Assembly: GCA_032128875.1 (NCBI GenBank)
Contig: JAVLKG010000002.1
Span: forward strand, 800,001-864,000
Length of the DNA stretch: 64,000 nucleotides
Direction: 5' to 3'
Source of the DNA: Candidatus Melainabacteria bacterium 17Bon1m
GTDB lineage: Bacteria > Cyanobacteriota > Vampirovibrionia > Obscuribacterales > Obscuribacteraceae
The notes below the pieces were generated by a model that had not been told where the DNA came from, ran no database searches, and worked only from the letters and a program-made list of their open reading frames with translations. The first letter of the stretch is position 1. Every line of letters begins with the position of its first letter. The translations under genes and the position numbers were made by a program. This document shows positions 58,566 to 64,000 of the stretch, piece by piece.

Positions 58566-59588
58566 ATGAGTGTTAAGCGTCCAGCCGATATTGCATATGA
58601 ACTTGCACAAGCAGCGTTACCTGCTCTAGTGGCTGAGTTTGGACCGGAAGCGAAAGCAAAATCCATAGTGCTTGGAAAGCTTGCGCAGAGAGAAGTTATT
58701 GTTTGTGCTCATTGCAGAGCCGAAAACAAAATTCCGTCGGAAGAAATCCGGATGTTTTTGTGCTGCGAATGCCGAAAGCAGATTTGGGTTACTGCAGACA
58801 CGAATTTCCGCAGAGTGCGCTTGTTCTTTGTACGTCTCGGCATTATGCGATTGCAGGAAATGGGAATCTGTATCAACGCCAATCAGGCGTCCAAATTGTT
58901 CGGTGTTTCTTACAACACGGTCAGCGGATTTTACAAGAAATTGGGAATCTCTGTAATTTCTTTGATGCCAGATCGCTCCGTGGAAGTCCCGACCAGCTTT
59001 AGCATCTCCGTTGTCTGCAGGCGTACAAGACAAACACAGGCAGAGAAAGCACCTTTTGAAGAAGAGTTTGAAATGCAAAAAAACGCTGCTGAATCCCCGG
59101 ATTCGCCATTTCAAATGAGTATTGATACTTTGAATTCCACACTCTCTGAATTGGAATTACAGATTCTGGAAATGCTAAAAGACAAGACAGTTTCGTTAGA
59201 AGAGTTAAATGCAGAAATAAAGGACAGTAGTGCTTCTATATCGAGCGCGCTGACAATGCTCGAGTTGAGTGGACATATTAAGGCAAGCTTTGGCAATAAA
59301 TTTTCGCTCGCCAATTCTCTATCCTTGAAAAATCTGGATTGTGGCGAAAAGGAAAAGGCGATCGCCGAAAGCTTCAATCAGTTCATAAAGGACTACTTTC
59401 AGGGAATCGGAAGAAAAAATCTCCAAGTTTATTCTTCGTTCAATTGGTTCGCATTTGATCGAAATTTCTGGTCAATCAACCGCCTGAGAGACTTTTTCAT
59501 TACGTTTCCATATATTCCACATGAGGAGATTCTTGATTTTGTAACTCCACTAAGCTTCAAGATCATTCCGCGGTTTGATAGTTCGTAA
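58566..59588 (+). CDS. IS1595-transposase-derived Zn-ribbon/HTH protein with winged-helix insert and no intact DDE core
   Basis: CAHC-x15-CCECRKQ.WVTADT.F; A.KLFGVSYNT HTH; VEVPTSF; DprA-like wHTH; ESF...IK...QGI.RKNLQ.Y. ORF track starts at 58542. Confidence 0.65.
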   Translation: MSVKRPADIAYELAQAALPALVAEFGPEAKAKSIVLGKLAQREVIVCAHCRAENKIPSEEIRMFLCCECRKQIWVTADTNFRRVRLFFVRLGIMRLQEMGICINANQASKLFGVSYNTVSGFYKKLGISVISLMPDRSVEVPTSFSISVVCRRTRQTQAEKAPFEEEFEMQKNAAESPDSPFQMSIDTLNSTLSELELQILEMLKDKTVSLEELNAEIKDSSASISSALTMLELSGHIKASFGNKFSLANSLSLKNLDCGEKEKAIAESFNQFIKDYFQGIGRKNLQVYSSFNWFAFDRNFWSINRLRDFFITFPYIPHEEILDFVTPLSFKIIPRFDSS

Positions 59589-59620
59589 AACAATGATTGG
59601 AAGTGCAGCAGAGGTAGAGG

Positions 59621-60457
59621 TTAAGCCTTCACCGTGTCAGTTTCGCCGTACTTCAAATAGATCCAGATTGCGGCAGCGACAATTATGATGAGCAGTGTTG
59701 AAACTGCGCATCCAAACGCCCAATCTCTGACTGCAAGAAATTGGTTCTGAATCAAATTGCCTATAAACATCGTTTTGCCACCTCCGAGTAAGTCAGGAGT
59801 GACATAGTCTCCTAATGCCGGAACGAAAACCATGATGCTACCTGCGATTAGTCCTCTTGAACTTAGAGGCACAGTGACCTTGAAAAAGGTTTGAAAAGGA
59901 GTTGCACCTAAATCAGATGCAGCTTCTATCAGCCTAACATCGAGTTTTTCCAATGCTGCATACACAGGAAGGACCATGTACGGCAGATAGTTGTAAACCA
60001 TCCCTAAAAGGACTGCGTATGGCGAGTAGAGAAGAAAGGGAGGATTTATCCAGCCGAATGCCGACAAAATATCAGACAAAATTCCAGTTGGGCGAAGAAT
60101 CGTTATCCATGCATAAATGCGCAGTAAGAATGAAGTCCAAAGCGGCAACACGAATAAAGTCATAAGCAGACTTTTGTATTTTGTCGGCACCGAAAATGCC
60201 ATCCATGTTGCCGTTAAAGTGCCTAAGACCAAACAAATGACAGTCGTCATTGCTGCCAGTGTCATCGACCTCATGAGCGTTTGTAGGTAAGGTCCGGAAA
60301 AAAAGCGCATGTAATTGTCAAAATTAAGGCCGGATAGTGCAACTCTTCCTAGATCATCACGGTGCCCGACACTAAAGACGAGAAGAATGACCAGCGGGAC
60401 GACCATAAAAACAGTCAGCCACAATCCGGCAGGCAAAAGTATCAGGCGCGCTTTCAA
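59621..60457 (-). CDS. potB: Spermidine/putrescine ABC transporter permease
   Basis: PLWTSFLLR.YAW, YLPYMVLP.Y, EAA.DLGA, P.LLGG, GNLI.NQF. Confidence 0.9.
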   Translation of the reverse strand: MKARLILLPAGLWLTVFMVVPLVILLVFSVGHRDDLGRVALSGLNFDNYMRFFSGPYLQTLMRSMTLAAMTTVICLVLGTLTATWMAFSVPTKYKSLLMTLFVLPLWTSFLLRIYAWITILRPTGILSDILSAFGWINPPFLLYSPYAVLLGMVYNYLPYMVLPVYAALEKLDVRLIEAASDLGATPFQTFFKVTVPLSSRGLIAGSIMVFVPALGDYVTPDLLGGGKTMFIGNLIQNQFLAVRDWAFGCAVSTLLIIIVAAAIWIYLKYGETDTVKA

Positions 60458-60581
60458 AAGTCCCTGCCAGCTTTACGTTTTGCCATTATTACCCCTGTCT
60501 TCCCCATCACCGGGGCAAGGCCTGATATCTTACCGTATATAGGCTTTAAGCCTTTAAGTCGACCTGGCGGAGGGTGTGGTT

Positions 60582-60782
60582 ATGTCGCAGGGAAAAGAGC
60601 GTCTGTTTCTCAGGCAGTGGATTGGTGAGAACGTTTCCGTTGTCACGCGTGAACAATGGAAATACTCAGGTCAATTGACCAATATAGTTTTTGACGGCAC
60701 CCGGCTTATGTATATTACGCTGGATGACAAGCAGTGCCTGAATTTCGACCATATTGTAGAGATTAGCCTTCAGGGCGAATAG
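60582..60782 (+). CDS. Small Sm/LSm-like beta-barrel protein
   Basis: GGAGG RBS; FL..WIG..V.V.T....YSG.L...HIV.I pattern. Confidence 0.55.
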   Translation: MSQGKERLFLRQWIGENVSVVTREQWKYSGQLTNIVFDGTRLMYITLDDKQCLNFDHIVEISLQGE

Positions 60783-60792
60783 GACGTGTCCC

Positions 60793-61740
60793 TTGAGAGT
60801 GCTTTTCTTAGGAACGCCCGAGTTTGCAGTTCCCACCTTAAACGAACTAATCGCCTTTCCAAAGACTGAGGTGGTTGGAGTTGTCTGCCAGCCGGACAGA
60901 CCGGCTGGGCGCGGCAATAAAGTTCATGTTCCGCCCGTCAAAGAAGTGGCCCTGAAGCATGGCATACCCGTTTTGCAGCCTATCAAATTGGCTAAAGAAC
61001 CTGAAGTCGTTCAGGCTATGCGCGATCTCGATCCCGACTTAATTGTCATGGTTGCATTCGGGCAAATTCTCAAGAAAGAAGTTCTCGAACTTCCCAAAAA
61101 AGGGGTTATGAATTTGCATGGCTCCTTGCTTCCCAAGCTGCGAGGCGCCGCGCCGATCAATTGGTCGATTATGAATGGTGATACTGTGGCCGGTATCACA
61201 ACCATGTTTACCGATGTCGGCGTTGATACGGGTCCAATGCTTTTGAAAGCCGAGGTGCCGCTTACCGACGAAATGACCTCTATTGATTTAGCTCATGAGT
61301 TGTCTACAGTTGGAGCCAAGCTAGTCATTACAACTATCGAGAAAATGTTGGATGGCAGCCTGGTTGCAGAACCACAAGACGACAGCCAACATACTTATGC
61401 ACCCATTCTTACCAAAGATATGGGCGTCATCGACTGGAAGTGGGACGCCAGAAAAATTCACAATAGAGTGCGCGGTCTTCAGCCGTGGCCAGGCACCGTT
61501 GCTACATTCAAAGGAACCCAACTGAAAGTCTGGAAAACTAGAGTCAAAGCTGGCTTACATGGTACAGCGCAACCAGGAACGCTTTTGATAGAAAATGGGC
61601 AACTATTGGTATGCTGCTCGGAAAACGGCTCAGAACGCCTCGAATTGATAGAAGTGCAACCGGCAAATAAAAACAAAATGTCTGCACAGTCATGGGCAAA
61701 CGGCATTCACATCAAGAGTGGCGAGGAGCGTTTCGACTAA
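60793..61740 (+). CDS. fmt: Methionyl-tRNA formyltransferase
   Basis: GTPEFA, QPDRPAGRG, NLHGSLLP.LRGAAPI, DTGP, RGL.PWP. Confidence 0.98.
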   Translation: MRVLFLGTPEFAVPTLNELIAFPKTEVVGVVCQPDRPAGRGNKVHVPPVKEVALKHGIPVLQPIKLAKEPEVVQAMRDLDPDLIVMVAFGQILKKEVLELPKKGVMNLHGSLLPKLRGAAPINWSIMNGDTVAGITTMFTDVGVDTGPMLLKAEVPLTDEMTSIDLAHELSTVGAKLVITTIEKMLDGSLVAEPQDDSQHTYAPILTKDMGVIDWKWDARKIHNRVRGLQPWPGTVATFKGTQLKVWKTRVKAGLHGTAQPGTLLIENGQLLVCCSENGSERLELIEVQPANKNKMSAQSWANGIHIKSGEERFD

Positions 61741-63404
61741 TGGCAGAAGATTCTGAAGATTCATCAAAGTCGCAAGATTCATCGAAGTCGCAGGATTCGT
61801 CAAAGTCGTCCCGTTCTCGCTCACGCATTGGTCCCAAAAAAGCAGCTCGAATTGCCGCAGGCGAAGACTTGAAAAAGGGTGGCAAGAAAGACGGACAAAT
61901 AAGCGGACAAAAAAACACCGAAAAGGGGTTTTCCAAGGTTGGAAGTGCACAAAAGCGCGGTCAAACAGGCAAGTCAGAAGCAAACGCTCAAGGCATGGCT
62001 TCGCGAAAACTTGCATTAGAAACTTTGATAAAAATCGAAAAAGACGGTGCCTATGCTAACTTGGCTCTGTCTGCAGGTTTTGAAAGGCAGCAATTGAGCG
62101 AGAAAGACCGCGCCTTTGTTACTGCTCTGGTTCAAGGTGTTCTTCGAAATCAGAATCTCCTCGATCAAAAAATTCAAACTGTCAGCAAAGAACCACTGGA
62201 GAAAATGCCACCACTGTTGCGCAATTTATTGCGAATGGCTATTTTTCAGCTGGAGAATCTTAGCGAAACCCCTCAGCATGCTGTTCTCGATACCTCGAAC
62301 AAATTGGCTCGCGCACTCGGTCACGAAGGACTTGTAAGGTATACGAACGGTGTCTTGCGTGGCTATCTGCGCAAGACCGTGGACAATACAGAAGAGACAA
62401 CGTCAAATGACGCTCAATCACTGAGCATTAAGTATTCTCTGCCTGTGTGGCTGATCCAAAAATGGATCGACTTCTATGGACCGCAGGAAGCTCAAGCTTT
62501 GCTCGATTGGTCCCAAAAGGAGCCCGGGCTAACTGTTCGAGTTTCTGACGTCAACGTTGAGCCTAAGACAATGCTCGACATCATGAATAAGAATGGTTTT
62601 GCCGCGAGGGAAGGGCACCTGGTTCCTTCTTGTCTGATTTTTGAGGGCAAAGAAGGTGGCAAATCTTTTAGTGGCTCACCGCAAAAGTTGCCGGGATACG
62701 ATGACGGATTATTTGTTGTCCAAGACGAAGCTGCAGCTTTTGTTTCTTTGGTTGTCGCTCCTCAAAAAGGCGAGACGATCGTTGATCTGTGCGCGGCTCC
62801 CGGCGGAAAAACAGTGCATTTGGCTGAGATGTTGGAAAACACAGGGCGCGTTGTTGCAGTCGACAAACACGAGTCAAGGTTGAAACTCGTCAAAGAGGCA
62901 CGGCTAAAACAAGGATTGAAAAATCTCGAAACTGTCGCAGCTGATGGAAGAGAATTCACTCTCAATAAGCTTGTCGACAGAGTTTTGCTCGATGCACCCT
63001 GTAGCGGCACCGGAGTTATTAATCGCCGCACTGATATCCGCACCAATCGAAAACAATCTGATATCGAGGAGCTCAATACATTACAGAAAGAATTGCTTGC
63101 TAATGCAGCGAAGATGGTAAAACCGGGTGGAGTGCTCGTTTACTCAACTTGCTCTCTAGAGCCAGAGGAGAATATTCAGGTTGTCGAATGGTTTCTCAAT
63201 GAACACTCGAACTTTCAAGGTTCTTCATTGCTGCCGTTCTTAAGTGCGGAAATTCAGGAAAAGTGGTTTGCAAAGGAAAACGAAGAATCACTCCCGCCTG
63301 TTTCAACAAAAGCGGCTGCTGAAAAGGGCTATATACAGCTGATTCCAACGCGTCATGGAGTAGCTGGATTTTTCGTATGTCGGCTGGAAAGAAAGCCCGA
63401 TTGA
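61740..63404 (+). CDS. rsmB: 16S rRNA m5C967 methyltransferase with charged N-terminal extension
   Basis: NusB-like domain, QDEA, DLCAAPGGKT, DAPCSGTG, YSTCS..EEN, GFF; ATG overlaps the fmt stop; 18-bp repeat (DSSKSQ x3). Confidence 0.96.
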   Translation: MAEDSEDSSKSQDSSKSQDSSKSSRSRSRIGPKKAARIAAGEDLKKGGKKDGQISGQKNTEKGFSKVGSAQKRGQTGKSEANAQGMASRKLALETLIKIEKDGAYANLALSAGFERQQLSEKDRAFVTALVQGVLRNQNLLDQKIQTVSKEPLEKMPPLLRNLLRMAIFQLENLSETPQHAVLDTSNKLARALGHEGLVRYTNGVLRGYLRKTVDNTEETTSNDAQSLSIKYSLPVWLIQKWIDFYGPQEAQALLDWSQKEPGLTVRVSDVNVEPKTMLDIMNKNGFAAREGHLVPSCLIFEGKEGGKSFSGSPQKLPGYDDGLFVVQDEAAAFVSLVVAPQKGETIVDLCAAPGGKTVHLAEMLENTGRVVAVDKHESRLKLVKEARLKQGLKNLETVAADGREFTLNKLVDRVLLDAPCSGTGVINRRTDIRTNRKQSDIEELNTLQKELLANAAKMVKPGGVLVYSTCSLEPEENIQVVEWFLNEHSNFQGSSLLPFLSAEIQEKWFAKENEESLPPVSTKAAAEKGYIQLIPTRHGVAGFFVCRLERKPD

Positions 63405-63586
63405 AGGCACTCATAACGCAATCGAGAAAGTCCAGATTCTTGAAATTCTTCACTCATTGCTCAGCGACGGTAACTAAGAGTGAGCGGGAAACGCACGAAC
63501 GCTCGTAGGTCCGAAAAATGTGATTCAACACCGATACGTGGTAGGAAATAAGGGGGCCTGTACTTCCTCATAAAAGGAGCAAGACT

Positions 63587-64000
63587 TTGGACTTTCTGGT
63601 TGATGCGGGCATCTTCTGTGCCGTCGCTTATGTTCTGGCCTCTATAAAAATAGTCAAAGAGTACGACCGGCTTGTAATCTTTAGGTTCGGTAAGGCCATC
63701 GGTACCAAAGGTCCGGGCATAACTATGGTTTGGCCGATTGCCGATAGTTACAAGAAGGCCGATCTGCGCATCATTACCATGTCTATTCCGATGCAAGAAA
63801 TCATCACCAAAGACAACGTTTCCGTTCGCACAGCTGCAGTCTGCTTCTTTCAGGTCGTTGATCCTTTTAAAGCGGTGACGAAAATCGAAGATCCCATTGA
63901 AGCCACACGTCAGATTGCGCAAACGACTTTGCGAAGCGTGTTGGGACAACATGAGCTTGACGAACTCCTCAGTGCCAGAGACTCAATCAACGCTCAACTC
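63587..64000 (+). CDS. Stomatin/slipin SPFH protein, 3' partial
   Basis: Not in the ORF track. TTG after AAGGAG; IKIVKEYDRLVIFRFGK..GPG...DLR....IP.QEIITKDNV...QIAQTTLRSVLG.HELDELL; open to the window end. Confidence 0.92.
   Translation, partial: MDFLVDAGIFCAVAYVLASIKIVKEYDRLVIFRFGKAIGTKGPGITMVWPIADSYKKADLRIITMSIPMQEIITKDNVSVRTAAVCFFQVVDPFKAVTKIEDPIEATRQIAQTTLRSVLGQHELDELLSARDSINAQL

Noticed and set aside
58459-59620. Intact IS1595 insertion sequence
   Set aside because: No terminal inverted repeats or target duplication found and the catalytic motif is altered; reported as a derived gene instead.
63461-63952. 163-aa minus-strand ORF
   Set aside because: Antisense to the stomatin gene on the + strand (63587 to window end).

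Overview
Bacterial chromosomal window. Gene content and synteny (cyanobacteria-like rpsL/rpsG, crtE next to DUF212, HAS-barrel protein, GHL10/DUF187 hydrolase, no photosynthesis genes) suggest a non-photosynthetic cyanobacterial relative such as Melainabacteria/Vampirovibrionia; this is inference. Bases 1-10450 are an accessory island of orphan, TPR and membrane genes running off the 3' end of tRNA-Val(TAC). The rest is a mosaic: a TonB-C/Fur-family/TonB-dependent receptor/MerC-like metal-uptake locus with three 7-1-7 operator boxes, a K+ channel, a phosphatase, oppD, nnrE-nnrD, a two-component pair, a papain-like protease, two Tat-exported S66 peptidases, SPFH plus Arc regulator, acyl-CoA dehydrogenase, crtE, smpB, rpsL-rpsG-fusA without tuf, DUF1501/DUF1800, a CHASE2 pseudo-cyclase, tRNA-Val(GAC), tRNA-Cys, oppBC, potB, fmt and rsmB. 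Most notable signals: (1) eight intergenic copies of an exactly 28-bp 11-6-11 palindrome; (2) an IS1595-derived gene with its catalytic core replaced by a winged helix, next to the best copy of that palindrome; (3) a ~375-nt multi-helix structured RNA upstream of a tandem ribbon-helix-helix gene; (4) a structured ~525-nt rpsG-fusA spacer; (5) two apparent pseudoenzymes. Family calls come from motif recognition by eye, not database searches.
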